A stretch of DNA of 62,882 bases, counting the filler, from Octopus bimaculoides (lineage: Eukaryota), in the NCBI RefSeq assembly GCF_001194135.2. It is 7 parts of 6 records of this genome, joined end to end, with 100 filler letters (N's around TTAATTAATTAA, not from the genome) between each part and the next. Parts side by side here need not be neighbours in the genome. Positions count along the whole stretch, not along the records: positions 1 to 18,656 come from NC_068982.1; 6 more parts are not named here. One strand, written 5' to 3'. The position numbers and the translations under genes were made by a program. The notes beneath the pieces were generated by a model, which was not told the origin of the DNA, did no database searches, and saw nothing but the letters and a program-made list of their open reading frames with translations. Shown here one piece after another: positions 1-12,520 of the stretch. Numbering within the stretch: the first letter of the stretch is position 1; each line of letters opens with the position of its first letter.

Positions 1-8
1 ATATATAT

Positions 9-108
9 CATCATCAACATCATCATCATCATCGTTTAACGTCTGCTTTCTATGCTAGCATGGGTTGGACGATTTGACTGACGACTGGTGAAACCAGATG
101 GCTACACC
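9..108 (-). mobile_element. 5'-truncated RTE-type 3' tail (LINE/SINE tail family) ending in (GAT)n
   Basis: Reverse complement matches the tail at 8040-8138 (..CCAACC(C/T)ATGCTAGCAT(G/A)GAAAGC(G/A)GACG(T/C)TAAA.GATGATGAT); abuts an (AT)n run. Confidence 0.75.
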
Positions 109-139
<31 letters not shown>

Positions 140-159
140 GATTTTTTAAAAGTGATTAA

Positions 160-1236
160 CTTATCATCATTTAGCATTTGTTTTCCATGTTAGCATGGGT
201 TGGGGGGGTTTGACAAGAGCTAGCAAGCCAGAGAGCTGCACCATGCTCCACTTGTCTGTTTTGGCATGGTTTCTATGGCTGGATACCCTTCATAATACCA
301 ACCATTTTACAGAGTGTCCTGCTTGTGTTTTACTTACGTGGCAGCAGCACAGAATCTTTTTTACACAGCACTAGCACAGGTGATTTTCATGTGGCACCAG
401 CACCAGTAGGGCTACCAAGTAACTTGCAAGACAAAGACCTCTTAGTTGAGAGAAGGAGTGAAACTGAGGGAAGTATCTGTGTGCCAGAAGAGGGGTTAGT
501 GTATGATAGAAGGACAGAGATAGTTGTCTTACTATAGAGAAGATACTTGGCTGTCCCAGCAGGACAAGGAAGGAAAAAGAAGGTGGAAGAGAGTTAGAGA
601 GAAAGATAGGCAATCAGAGTGAGAGAGAGACAAATAGATGGTATTGGAGATGTATTGAGGCCTACCCACAGGGAACAGTGGGGGTGGCAATATAAGTAGT
701 ACTGAGGAGGATGTGCCATAAGAGTATGCAGGGATATGTTTAGAGACTTGGAAGACATGATTGTAGCAAGTGATGGTGAAAGAAACTGGAAAGGTGGAGG
801 GGGAGGTTAGGAAGATATGAGAGGGCATGCCAAGTGTGTGGGTAAGCAAATGAATGAGAGTGGAGGAGTGGGAAGATGGGGGAATTTTGACAGAGGCCAG
901 GTAATGTGGAGGGGGCGCATTACAGTAAGGTCATGCATATATGCATGAATGGCCACAATTTCACTTAGCTTGATGTGTCTTCTCAAGCACAGCAAATTGT
1001 CAGAAGCCTCAGTCACTTCTTGTTTCTTCTGTGAGGCTCAACATTTAAAGATCATTTTCACCATTTCGTCCAGTGTCTTCCTGGGCCTACCTCTCTCACA
1101 GTTTCTCTCCACAATTAGAGATGAGCACTTCTTTATGCAGCTGTCCACATCCATACACATCACATGACCATACCAGCACAGTCTTCTCTCTTGCACCCTA
1201 CATCTGATACCTCTTACACCCAATTTTCTCTTAAAA
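160..1236 (-). mobile_element. RTE LINE 3' end: ORF2 C-terminus plus long 3' UTR
   Basis: Minus frame reads KLGVRGIRCRVQERRLCWYGHVMCMD..CIKKC..RGRPRKTLDEMV, an RTE C-terminal signature; followed by a purine/pyrimidine-skewed UTR and the shared tail motif. Confidence 0.8.
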
Positions 1237-1239
1237 CAC

Positions 1240-1623
1240 TTGTTGGCACTCCGTCGCTTACGACGTCGAGGGTTCCAGTTGATCTGATCAACGGAACAGC
1301 CTGCTCGTGAAATTAACGTGCAAGTGGCTGAGCACTCCACAGACACATGTACCCTTAACGTACTTCTTGGGGATATTCAGCGTGACACAGTGTGACAAGG
1401 CTGACCCTTTGAATTACTAGCACAATAGAAACAGGAAATAAGAGTGAGAGAAAGTTGTGGTGAAAGAGTACAGTAGGGTTCGCCACCATCCCCTGCCGGA
1501 GCCTCGTGGAGCTTTTAGGTGTTTTCGCTCAATAAACACTCACAACGCCCAGTCTGGGAATCGGAACCGCGATCCTATGACCGCAAGTCCGCTACCCTAA
1601 CCACTGGGCCATTGCGCCTCCAC
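1240..1623 (-). mobile_element. tRNA-derived SINE, family C
   Basis: Head GTGGAGGCGCAATGGCCCAGTGGTTAGGG..GGTTCCGATTCC has A-box and B-box-like motifs, followed by a ~300-bp non-tRNA body. It keeps many CpGs in a CpG-poor region, so is probably a younger insertion. Confidence 0.8.
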
Positions 1624-1717
1624 GATTGAATATAATATTTGAAAAGGAACTCATGTGCTTAGTTTCATTTATTTTTTAATGCCAATGTTCAATTTGGCAA
1701 TATTTTACATGCATCTA

Positions 1718-1922
1718 GGCAGCAAGCTGGCAGAATTGTTAGCAAAATGTTTAGTGGCATTTCATCTGTCTTTATGTTCTGTGTTCAAATTCCACTGAGG
1801 TTAACTTTGCCTTTCATCCTTCTGGGGTCAATTTAAAAAAAAGTACCAGTTGAACACTGGGGTTCAATGCAATCAGCTTACCCCCTCCGCTGAACTTGCT
1901 GGCCACGTGCCAAAATTCAAAA
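1718..1922 (+). mobile_element. tRNA-derived SINE, family A
   Basis: GGCAGCAAGCTGGCAGAATTGTTAGC head, GTTCAAATTC B-box-like motif, core TTTGCCTTTCATCCTT..AAGTACCAGT; many further copies in this window. Confidence 0.8.
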
Positions 1923-1949
1923 TCAGTATTTGATATTCTTCTGTGCCAA

Positions 1950-3340
1950 GTAAAGAATAACAGTTTAATTGTCCTCAACTTCCTTAGTAACTGTCATGTG
2001 GAACCCTAATAAAGGCCTTCTCTAAGTCAACAGGTGTGTAGCTACAGTGGTTTACTTCTAGCTAAATACTTCTCTTGCAGTTGTCTCATTAGGAAGAGTG
2101 TATCAATGGTACCCTTTTCTAGTAATGCATCTCATCTGAACCAATTCTTTTCCTAATCAGTAGTGTTATTCAGTAACTTGTCTAATCTGGTCCATCAACT
2201 TGATGTCTTTGTAATTTCCTTTATCTTTTGCTTTTGTAATAACTGATGATTATACTACTATACTACTCCAGCCATTGGATATGACTACTTCCTGTATTGC
2301 CTGGTTGACTATGCAGGTAACTATTAAGTGCCTTCTTTACCAGACATTTTAATTATCTTACCCACTATTCATGATGAACCAGTAAGCCTTCCTTGCCTTT
2401 ATATTCTTAATTGCTTTATGAACCATGCTACTGTCCACTTGTATAGCTGACCCTCTTTGTCCTTTGCATCTTCCACATTGAACATAATAACACTTCCATG
2501 CCTCCTTTCTTTTTAGCAATAGTAAGAGCAAGTGCACTGCTATTATTCTTTATCTACCGCTTCCTGATTTTCTATAGCACACTGTCTTGCAATCTGGAAT
2601 ACCTCACACTTCTGATCCACATATAAGCTTTTTACTCTGTTTCTCCTCTACCTGGTTCTTAGGTTCCCTTCTAGCTACTTCATATAGTACTACAACTTTT
2701 CCAGGCCTGTTTCTTTCTTCTAATGGCTCAGTCTACTACACTGTTTCATTGCCATGTCACTTTAAGTCTGGATGTGACTTTGCACCAGCCATAGATTTGG
2801 TCAATGGCCCACATTAAGTTATCCTGTGGAAATTTCCTGTTGTTCTGAATGTTATATGTCATTATCTCCTCCTCAGATGCCTTCTTATTTCAGTCTTTTC
2901 AAGTTTATCTCTTCACACCAATAAATATCTACTTTGCTGTTCCAGCACCATTATACCTTCGGTCTGGTTGGAGCCTCTCCCTAACCACAGCTTTGCTCGG
3001 TAGCCCTTCACAGGATGTTTTGTACAAACTATTTCTTACTTTCTGTCATAGGCATTGACTAGAACTTATTTGAGTCTTTAACTAACCAAAGGCCCTTTTA
3101 ACTTTCTATCTCCAAATTACCCTTTACTTCTGTACCCAAATAAGCTATTACTTATAGCTACATTTGCATTTAAGCAACTTCATAAAAATACGTATTTTTA
3201 AATTTCTCAACAAGTCAAAAAATACAATCCACAACAAATTTCCTTTCTTGCTTGTAAAATTAAAACTTCTTATATGAGGGGTAAAATTCAGCAAGTCTCT
3301 CTGGTGTAGTGGTATCACAGTTGTCCAGTTTATTGAAGAC
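1950..3340 (-). mobile_element. Degenerate RTE LINE ORF2 fragment (endonuclease end, linker, RT N-terminus)
   Basis: Across stops and frameshifts the minus strand gives NSVVD*AIRRKKQAWK, EVFQIARQC and GTIDTLFLMRQLQEKYLARSKPL; the last matches the copy at 58332. Confidence 0.7.
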
Positions 3341-3733
3341 GTGTGGCTCAATTCTCATTTTACTAAGGATGACTTTACTAAAGTTACCTTCGATAAAAAG
3401 GTGACTTCGACTATTTTTTACTGTTTAAGGGATTCCTATTTGGTCTTTAACAATCTACTAGAGCTATATTTCTATTTATGGAACTTCATAAAAAGGTTCA
3501 TTTTCAATTTTATCTATAAATCAGAAACACAACTGAAAACACAATTATATATGTGTATATTTTGTTTCTGCAATTGAGTAATTGATCAGATAATTAATTG
3601 GTTTCATTGACAAATAATAATGAAGTGAAATAGAATCAGTGCATATGTTTCTTATTGGCAAAATGATGTTCCCAAGATACAACATACATACATATATTCA
3701 GAATAAATCAGTGAAGGAAATTGAACAACTTAC

Positions 3734-3782
3734 ATACTTAAATGTCCCTGAAACCAAAAACGCAAGAAAATTGGTCGGGAAC
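3734..3782 (-). CDS. Candidate 49-nt internal micro-exon of an unidentified minus-strand gene
   Basis: Acceptor TGTGTACAG| and donor |GTAAGT (alternative donor |GTATGT 4 nt earlier). Two frames are open: SRPIFLRFWFQGHLS or FPTNFLAFLVSGTFKY. Two CpGs survive in a CpG-depleted region, both as Arg codons in the first frame. The polypyrimidine tract is weak. Confidence 0.3.
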
Positions 3783-3909
3783 CTGTACACATACACACAC
3801 ATGTTTGTGCATTATATAACAGGTTATTTTCCTTCTATCTTACAACAAAGTTTGTAATTTCAGGGTCCTTGCTTCATATAATCTATGCCTGTACTGAGTA
3901 AGTTTATTG

Positions 3910-4030
3910 GCATTATGAAGGGCATCCAGCTGTAGGAGCATGATGCAGTCCTCCTCCACATTAGATCTTGTTAAACTGTCCACTCCATGCCAGCATAGAA
4001 ACTAGATATCAAACAAAGATGATGATAATG
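3910..4030 (+). mobile_element. RTE-type 3' tail fragment
   Basis: GAAGGGCATCCAGCTGTAG..CCATGCCAGCATAGAAA..GATGATGAT motif. Confidence 0.65.
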
Positions 4031-4639
4031 TAGTGGTAGTGTAAGTGAATAGCTTTTAGCTGGTAATTAAAACCTTGTGAATACTTAAACTAAGATTTTG
4101 TCTTAAAGCATTCATTACAAAACTTTATTTTCTTTTTGTTTAAACAGATATAGTCACAATGAGAGAGAGAGAGAAAGAGAGAGGGACAGAGAGCAGAGAA
4201 GATACAAAATGACAATTGATATTTGTACAGATTAATTTAATTACACATCAATAATTTCATAATGAAATTGAAATATAAAGAAATATTGTATACAAAACTT
4301 ACAGAACAGAAGAAATATATTCTGTAAATAAAAGCTGAATAATTGAGTTTTTTTTTTTTTTTGCCTTTTACATATATTTTGTTTACACTTGAAGCCTGAG
4401 ATTTTTTTTGAAAAGAAATGGAAATTTAAACATCCATGACTTTCCAAAGAACATTAAAAATTAAATATCCATTTTTAAATAAAAAGGTGAAAAACTTCAA
4501 CTAGGAATGAAAATTGTTTGTAGACTGACAAAAACTTAGTTCTGCTCTGGAGCAGAAGGGAATGGTTAGAAATGAGAGATTTAAAAAAAAACTGCTGAAA
4601 TTAGGTAAAAAGTATAATGTTAAAATAATTTAGGCACAA

Positions 4640-5475
4640 GACCACAACCATTAGGGTAGGGAGCAGTCGAAATAGATCCTGATACTTTACTAGAACTTTA
4701 TTTTAGTAACCCTAGAAGGATAAAGACAAAGTTGACTTTGATGATATTTTGAACTCAGAATGTAAAGGGATGTAACTAGATACCCATAAGGTGTTTTATC
4801 TGATGCTCCAACAGTTTTACCAATCTACTGTCCCTTTCTATCATAGAAACAAATCTTCAATTATTTTTTTTTTGTGTTTCTTTTTTGGGCTGAGGGTTAT
4901 ACAATTAACTCCTGATCCAAGTACTTATTTTATCAACTATGGAAGGATGAATGGTGGTGAAATTGATTTTGGCAGGATTCAAAATCAGAATATTATAATA
5001 ATAATGATAATAATAATCCTTTCAAGTGTAGAAACAAGTCCAGCAATATTAGGGACGTGAGTAAGTTGATTTCATCAACCTCAGTGTTCTACTGGTACTT
5101 TATTTCAAAAGGGTGAAAGGCAAAGTTGACCTCAGGAAAATCTAAACTCAGACTGCAATGTTTTGGAAGAAATGCTGCTAAGCATTTTGTCTGACATGCT
5201 AACAACTCTGCCAACTTGCCACCTAAATAGTAATAATAATTTCAAATTTTGGCACTGAAGGGAAGGGACAAGTCAAATATATCAACTCCAGTACTTAACT
5301 GGTACTTCGTTTCATCAACCCCAGTACTTGACTGGTTCTTTATTTTATCAACCCTGAAAGGATGAAAGCTATGTTGACCTCAATGGAATTTGAACTCAGA
5401 ATGTAATGAGTCAGAAGAAATACCACAATGCATTTTTTCCAAAGCTATAACAATTCTCCCAGCTTGCTGCCTTAA
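4640..5475 (-). mobile_element. Head-to-tail cluster of about four family A SINE copies separated by (AAT)n
   Basis: Recurrent GAAGGATGAAAGGCAAAGTTGACCTC..TTTGAACTCAGAA..GCCAGCTTGCTGCC separated by AAT runs. Confidence 0.75.
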
Positions 5476-5929
5476 TAAGAATAATAATAATAATTATTAT
5501 AATTATAATGATAATAATAATGAAAAGTTTTGACTTGATGCAAAGGCCTTATACTTTAGGGGAAAGATGATGCTACCGATATTCATGTCTTGTGTGAAGA
5601 AATAAATTAACCATGATAGAGTACAAAAACATTTCAGACTTTAATCATAGATGATAAAAAAATATACATATCTATTGATTTTCTCTCTCTCTCTTCCCCC
5701 ACCACCAATCAATTCAAGAAATATTGGAAAGGGCAAGGAAAAAGTGACAAGTGAATTAGATTGTTTTATCTCATGATTTGTAACAAAATACAGACAATCT
5801 GAAAATTCATTTCTTTAGAGAATAAAATTTTGACTTAAAATGATTTCTCATGTGGAAGGAAATAAAGTTGCATGGCATTTATGCCTTTCTCAAGAGCATT
5901 ACTAGTCTAAGTGGATTAAACAGTTTTCA

Positions 5930-6800
5930 GTGAGAAATTGAAACTGGTTTGCAGGGAGCTTCTTATGCTGTGGTGCTCATCAAGATTTTACATAAGCACC
6001 AAATCCCAGATTTATGAAAGAGGAAATATACTGCTAATCCCCATCCCTCAAGGTCTTAACGTCATAAGTGAACAAATGTATTTCACAAGGAATCAAAATA
6101 GAGTTATGGATTTGATTTGCTTGCTTCAGTTCTTTGACTCATCAGTTAAGATATTAGTTTTTCAACAAGGCACAATGCCAATTTTTGTAGAAGGGAGACA
6201 TAGTCAATAAATCTACCACAATATGGAATGTAAGATATAGATTAATTCTGGTGAAAGATGAATTCAAAATGTAGTGTTAAAACTATAAAAGGAATTTAGT
6301 CTGGTTTTGTAAATTTTATATTGTCATTCGAAGTGAAATGCTTAAGCTATATTTCATACTAAGGTTTTGAGAAAAGAAAGTGTCATATCGCCCACATCAA
6401 CATTTACACACAGGTGAAAATTGTCCTGAATAAAATGTTATTAACATGATTAAAAAGGCTCTACAAATACGTCGATAGGAATGCTTACTTCTCAGGAATT
6501 ATTGTTGACTTATGATTCCTACCATTTCAACTATAAAGTCCTTCAAAACACTTTCTCCCTGAAAACATACACTGGGCAATTCATTAATGTAGAGGAACAA
6601 AACTCACCATCGACATGGGTGAGTAATAGTACTGTGTGGTTTCACAAACATCAATGAGGGACCCTACTTTAAGATATTAGTTTCAATAAATACCCAATCT
6701 TTGTAGTTAAAAATCATCTGAAAGAGTAGATATGCTGCTCAATGTGTAGGGCTGCAAATTCACTGCTTCTGTATAATCAGTTAAGCTATTCGATGATGCA
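5930..6800 (+). mobile_element. Ancient CR1/L2-like LINE RT remnant
   Basis: Degenerate peptides LLQFFDSSVKILVFQQGTMPIFVEGR and KRLYKYVDRNAYFSGIIVDL resemble the CR1 RT pre-domain and the LDLxKAFD region; many stops. Confidence 0.4.
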
Positions 6801-7789
6801 GCCATACACCCGCTCTACACTTTCTACTATTCTTGTTTATATGCTTTAAGTCCCAACAAGTCTTAAGGTAAGATAACTATAGCTAGAAAAAAAAAATGAT
6901 GAAATTCTTTATTAAATCAACTATCTCTGAGTAAATCTACTCAAATTAGTAGTTGCCATAGAAACCTAGCAACATGTCTGCTAAATGATTGTAAGTCACA
7001 ATTGTTTTTTTGTTTTTTTTTAATATTATTATTTTTTACAGAAACATCAGAATTTGTTCAAGGGCTGAAAACCACAATCAAGATGAAAAACTTTGTTCAC
7101 ATCAACTGTTTTTAATTGGAACTGCTAAACTGGGGCGTTTACATACACATACACACAGAGAAATGTGTTATAAAAAAAAAAAAACAATCATAAGGTAAAG
7201 AGTGTTATGAAATGAATATCTTTATGTTCATTAACCCATTAGCATTTAAAATAGCCTTTCTAGTCTAAATATTTAACCTATTTTACATTCAAACTGACCG
7301 GATCCAACCTCTCACACCCATCCTACAATGTCATTCTAAAAATAAACAATCACATCAATGAAATCTTGAAACTACAAGATAATGCATGATTAATTCAAAA
7401 CAATGTGATTAAATAAACATTACATTTGACAGAATAATCTGAATTATACAGGATTAGACAATTATTCTATGTCTATAAACAGTGCAGGAAATATGAAATC
7501 GATAAAAGTGAAATACTAACGTACCTTGATTATATATGTAAAGATATACACTTGTATAATGTGATTTATTGCATTTACATAAAGACAGGTAAATTTGTTT
7601 TTAAAGGAAAAATTATAGGGTTTTTGATAATTTCATTTCAATAAGAATAGAAAAAAAGAAGACATTGATGGTTGAATTTTGCTGATGATGACCTCAAATG
7701 TGAAGATATAAAACAAAAATCCACACCGGTCTAATGTCTGAAATGGAAGTTGGCCTCTGTATATAACAACAGAGACAATATTCTAAATA

Positions 7790-8138
7790 ACCTGTTCCTA
7801 GCGTCGCCTTCCTGGCACTTGTGCTGGTGGCACATGTAAAGACATTCGAGCGAGATCGTTGCCAGTGCCGCTGGACTGGCCCCTGTGCAGGTGGCACGTA
7901 AAATACACCATTTCGAGTGTAACCGTTGCCAGTACCGCCTGACTGGCCTTCGTGCCGATGGCACATAAAAGCACCCACTACACTCTCGGAGTGGTTGGTG
8001 TTAGGAAGGGCATCCAGCTGTAGAAACTCTGCCAAATCAGATTGGAGCCTGGTGTTGCCATCCGGTTTCACCAGTCCTCAGTCAAATCGTCCAACCTATG
8101 CTAGCATGGAAAGCGGACGCTAAATGATGATGATGATG
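7790..8138 (+). mobile_element. RTE-type 3' UTR/tail with about 2.5 internal ~62-65-bp subrepeats
   Basis: Repeated GTGC.GGTGGCAC(A/G)T..AAA..TTCGAG..CGTTGCCAGT.CCG..GACTGGCC, then GAAGGGCATCCAGCTGTAGAAAC and a (GAT)n tail. Confidence 0.8.
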
Positions 8139-11100
8139 AATTTTGACAATTTGATGTACTCCATCACTGGTGAAAAAAATTAAAAAAACAGCAAGAGAGC
8201 AAATTAGCTGCAATTGTGTGGACATGAATATTGTATAGGGGACTAACCAGTCTGTTCGAATATGTATGAAACAACACAGTACAATAGACATGTATGTTTC
8301 TAGGAGACATGCTTGAATAATGCTTCTTTCATGATTAACTATGACAGGTTTCTATGCATCTATAGACAATATCAAAATTTCTGCAAATAGAATTCAAAAT
8401 GGGCCACATAAAATTCAGACAGAAAACTATTTTAAATTAAAAAAAAATAAAATAAAAATGACAGGTACTTATTTGAATATTTGTATCAACAATTAAAAGA
8501 TGTATGTATGTATGTTTGTATGTAGATAGATAGATAGATAAATAGACAGATAGACAGGTGGGTGGGTTGGTTGGTTGGTTGGTTGGCTGTTTGTTTGGGT
8601 AGGTAGGTAGGTAGATAGATAGATAGATGTTTAAGATAACATTATTTAATACAATTTCAAATCGCTTAAGAAAATAATTAAAGACTGTGAACTTGGTGAG
8701 GGTAAATGAGAAAATGAATTACTCTGGCTGTTCTAATGAGAAATGGCAACATAAAGATGTAAAATGGTTTTCAGGATCAAAACTGGATCACAGTCTTGGT
8801 TCACCAGAAGTTCTACAGCACGCCCAATAAAATGGTAAACATTTCACAGTAAAAATCATGAGATATGTTTTGTTAAGATGGCAAAATACATCACAAATCT
8901 GACAAATACATTGAAGATAGGTAGGAAAGTCAACACATTGAGTTAATGTGTTACATGTTGAAGCAAAGTGAGAAATATTACTTAAGAAATAAAATAAGTT
9001 AATTTATTATATACAGCTTCTTTCAGGAAGTCATCAAGTTTCAAAATATTATGAAAAAAAAAATCAATAATTTTAAAAAAGGTGAAAAATAAATCACTTG
9101 AGAATTTATACAAAACAAGATTTTAAAAATAATTCTTTTCACATGGTCAATAGCGTCAGGGAGTGTTAAATATTTTGGTGGCCACAAGTAATGGAAAAAG
9201 AGAAAAAAACATAATGATTAGAGTATGGCAGATATAATATGTTTAGAAAGAATACAAAATAAATTATTCTGAAGGCTTGGGGAGAGATCACATATACAAG
9301 TATATATATATATATTATTCTAAACAAGACAATATATGTATCACAGGAGGTACTTTAAAGAGATGCCAAAATAAGAGAATTGTTATTGCACAGAAAAACT
9401 AGGACAGATAAAAAGACCATCACCCAAGAGGATGAAATTAAACAAGCTTTATTTTGGAACCCTTGAGCATGAGTGTTTCAGGGTGGGTAACCAAAATGAA
9501 GGAATGCATACATAATTGGATTATAGTGCAGGGGAAAAACTGAAATTTGACACATTGAAGAGTATTGCTTCGATTGTCATAATATTTAAGTGTTTATTAA
9601 GTTTTGTATTTTAAAACATTGGTTGCCATTATTTACATTCTAGGACATATCCGTATCTCCATTTGACTTTTATTCAACTGAAATTTTGAAAGTTATCTCC
9701 CTTGCTCCGTTTTTGAGTAATTTTCATGCATGCCAATGAATTTTCTTTTATTCATAATTTTAATGGGTTAAAGTTTTCTTTTTTTTTTTTTTCCGACATC
9801 TTATGAAGTTTGGAAACTTCTGAGAGAATGTGAGTGAATTCTTTTTTGGAATATCTCAAAGCACACACACAACACTATGATAGCAGGGAAGTATTAGGTT
9901 GAAAAACCTTTTTTGGATAATAAAAAGTCAAAGGCTTCCCATGGGGCAAAAAAAGAATTTTTTTTTTGGTTGACTCCATTAAGTATGGAAGCTTCTACAG
10001 CACCACACATTTGTATTTTTTTTCTTTGAAGAAAAGGATTTATAAAATAATTAAAAATATTAAATAGATTTCTATTTTTAATTATGTTTCATCAATAAGA
10101 ACTCAGAGAAAAAGATTAATTTTCAACTCTACAATCATATACATCCACTTTTCCAACTAGCATGGGTTAGGTGGAGGCATGAAGTTTCAGCTCAGCATCT
10201 CTTCACTTGCCCCAGTCCTTTGTTATTTTTCTGAAGATCATAATCCTAATATAAGTTTACCTCACATCTATTTAAACATATACACACACATGGATTGTAA
10301 GATCACATTATTTTAGCTAATCCGTATTTAAATCTCTTGCAAATAAAATATCCAAATTAACGTTTTTGTAGAAGAGCCCATGAAATCCACTTAGAAATGT
10401 CAAAACAAACTTAAAATCACTTAATGTGTATAAGGAAAAAATTTCAAATCTAATGCTGGCTCAAGTAGTATGGTTATGCATCATTAGATTCAAGTTGTAC
10501 GAATATCACATACAAACACAATGGTCCAAATTTTTCTAGCAAGATGCAATGTTTTTCTTTTTCAGCACAATAACAATAAATCCTCAGTAAAATTGATACA
10601 AAGAATAAATTCTAGAAGAATTGAAAAAAAAAAAAAAAAAAAAAAAAATCTTGTCAGGCCAAAATTAAGATATTGCATACTATTTCTATTTTAATAAATA
10701 TTCTAGGTGAAAAAAGTGTTGCAAATTAATGGTGGAGGGTACTTGTAAGAGATGTGTCTAACACACAAGATAACATTGGACTGAGATTAATGGGAAAATG
10801 CTAGGATTATAGGACTTATCTAAAGCATATGAGCTGTGAAAAATAGGTGTTAAAAAAGACAATTACAGGATGTAGCCAAAAATAGAAGCAAGTGAGTGAA
10901 TAAGTAGGTAAATATTAATAAAAGCCAAAATAAAAACTATATAATATTTCAGACATGTTGCTGAATAAACTAAATCTGATTATTTTATTAAAATATAAAT
11001 ATGCTTTCAATATAAAGGTCATCTTTGGTGGTTCCATCTCAGACCATTTGTCTGTGGAATGGCAGGTTTCATTTCATGATAAAAATAAATAAATAAATAA

Positions 11101-12089
11101 AATAAAGCAAACCAGTTTGGTATTTTTAAAATTAAAATCTTTCTGAAACTGATAAATGCATAAATTAGTCATTGTTTTGTGAACACAAGTAAGATCGTTG
11201 TTTTGCTTGGAAGAATAAATGGTTCATACAGCAAGACATTTCAGCAATAAAGATTTAATTTCTGACTTTAAAAGGAGAAATTAATCAATACTTTTTTAAC
11301 AAAACACAAGTTCACATGCATGAAGTACATGGTCGACATCTATCTAATAATATGGCCTCAGAATTTTTGTTTGGTATAAAATTGATAAATTGTTCAAAAG
11401 TGTTAATTCTGCGATTAAAATTTTAATTTGAGCTACTTTAGTTCTGTGAAGGAGAGTCCTGCCACAAGATATTAGAATTTTCTTCTCATGATAGACTAAA
11501 ATTATTGTATTTTTAATCTTTATTTCTTTACATCATTGCCCCCAGTCAATGAATATTTCACACCAGATAATAAAATATTAGATAGAAATTAAAAGAATTC
11601 TTTTATGAAGGAATTGGACAAATTCTGAGAAGTTATCCCAAATCAACATATTAAGTGTTGAACTGACAAAAGATACAACTGAAAAAGAATGCCTTTATGA
11701 ACGTGATTATAGTATTAGTGACTGCAACTGTTTTGATGTCACTAGACAAAATGGGCCTGTAAAAATCATAGGTGTCACTGTCCCACTGAAAAAATTTTTT
11801 AAAAAATGAAATTGGAATTATGAAGGATTAGATCAATGGCTCTCAAGGGTGGTTTTTTTCTTTTACAATTTTCAACACAATTTAAAGCAAATAAAAATAC
11901 TTTGTCACATTTTGTGCACAAAATCAAAAGAAAATTTTTGTATTCTAAGTTGTAAATAATTTAAACATTTGAAAACTCTGAATTATAGTGATATATGTGT
12001 AGTAGTTTATGCCATATGAATTTAGATAATTTGAGACTCGAAATAATTGATTTCTAACAGTGAAACTTGGAGATAAAGCTATAACTAAT

Positions 12090-12520
12090 GGTTTTAAATT
12101 TTGGTACAAGGTCAGTAATTTTGGGGAGGGGATAAGTCAATCATATTGACCCCAGTGTTCAACCGGTACTTATTTCATCAACCCCAAAGGGATAGAAGGC
12201 TAAGTCGACCCTGGTGGCATATGAACTCAGAACATAAAGACAAATGAAATGCTACAAAGCATTTTGTCCGACATGCTAACAATTCTGCCAGCTCATCACC
12301 TTATGTCTTCAAATCTTGGCACAAGGTCAGCAAGTTCATGGGAGCGGGAATGTCAGTTATATCGACCCCAGTGCTCAACTGGTAACTATTTTATTTACCC
12401 TGAAAGGATGAAAGGCAAGGTTGACCTCAGCGCAATTTGAACTCAGAACTTAAAGACAGACAAAATACTGCTAAGCATTTTGCTTGGCTGGCAAATCATT
12501 TTGCCAGCTTGCTGCCTAAG
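12090..12520 (-). mobile_element. Two tandem family A SINEs
   Basis: Two head-to-tail copies of the family A core, ending GCCAGCTTGCTGCC. Confidence 0.8.

Noticed and set aside
60-90. CTGACGA..GAAA in the reversed RTE tail
   Set aside because: Only 5 nt (CTGGT) separate the motifs, so no stem II can form; not a hammerhead.
1545-1623. tRNA-like sequence (also at 19292, 30229 and 31265)
   Set aside because: A-box and B-box are present but there is no full cloverleaf, and each continues into a SINE body.
6559-6717. Apparent minus-strand exon and 49-bp intron with good splice motifs, plus ACTCACC/GGTGAGT hairpin
   Set aside because: All three frames contain stops and the region is better explained as a plus-strand LINE RT remnant.
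7790-7980. Regularly spaced short repeats suggestive of a CRISPR array
   Set aside because: Intervening sequences are also homologous and the array lies inside an RTE 3' UTR; eukaryotic context, no cas genes.
8210-8380. Faint GIY-YIG-like peptide (GTNQSVRICMKQH)
   Set aside because: Too short and degenerate to support as a feature.
11610-11810. 66-codon open frame without Met (..CLYERDYSISDCNCFDVTRQNG..)
   Set aside because: No splice signals; at most a faint resemblance to a decayed LINE endonuclease.
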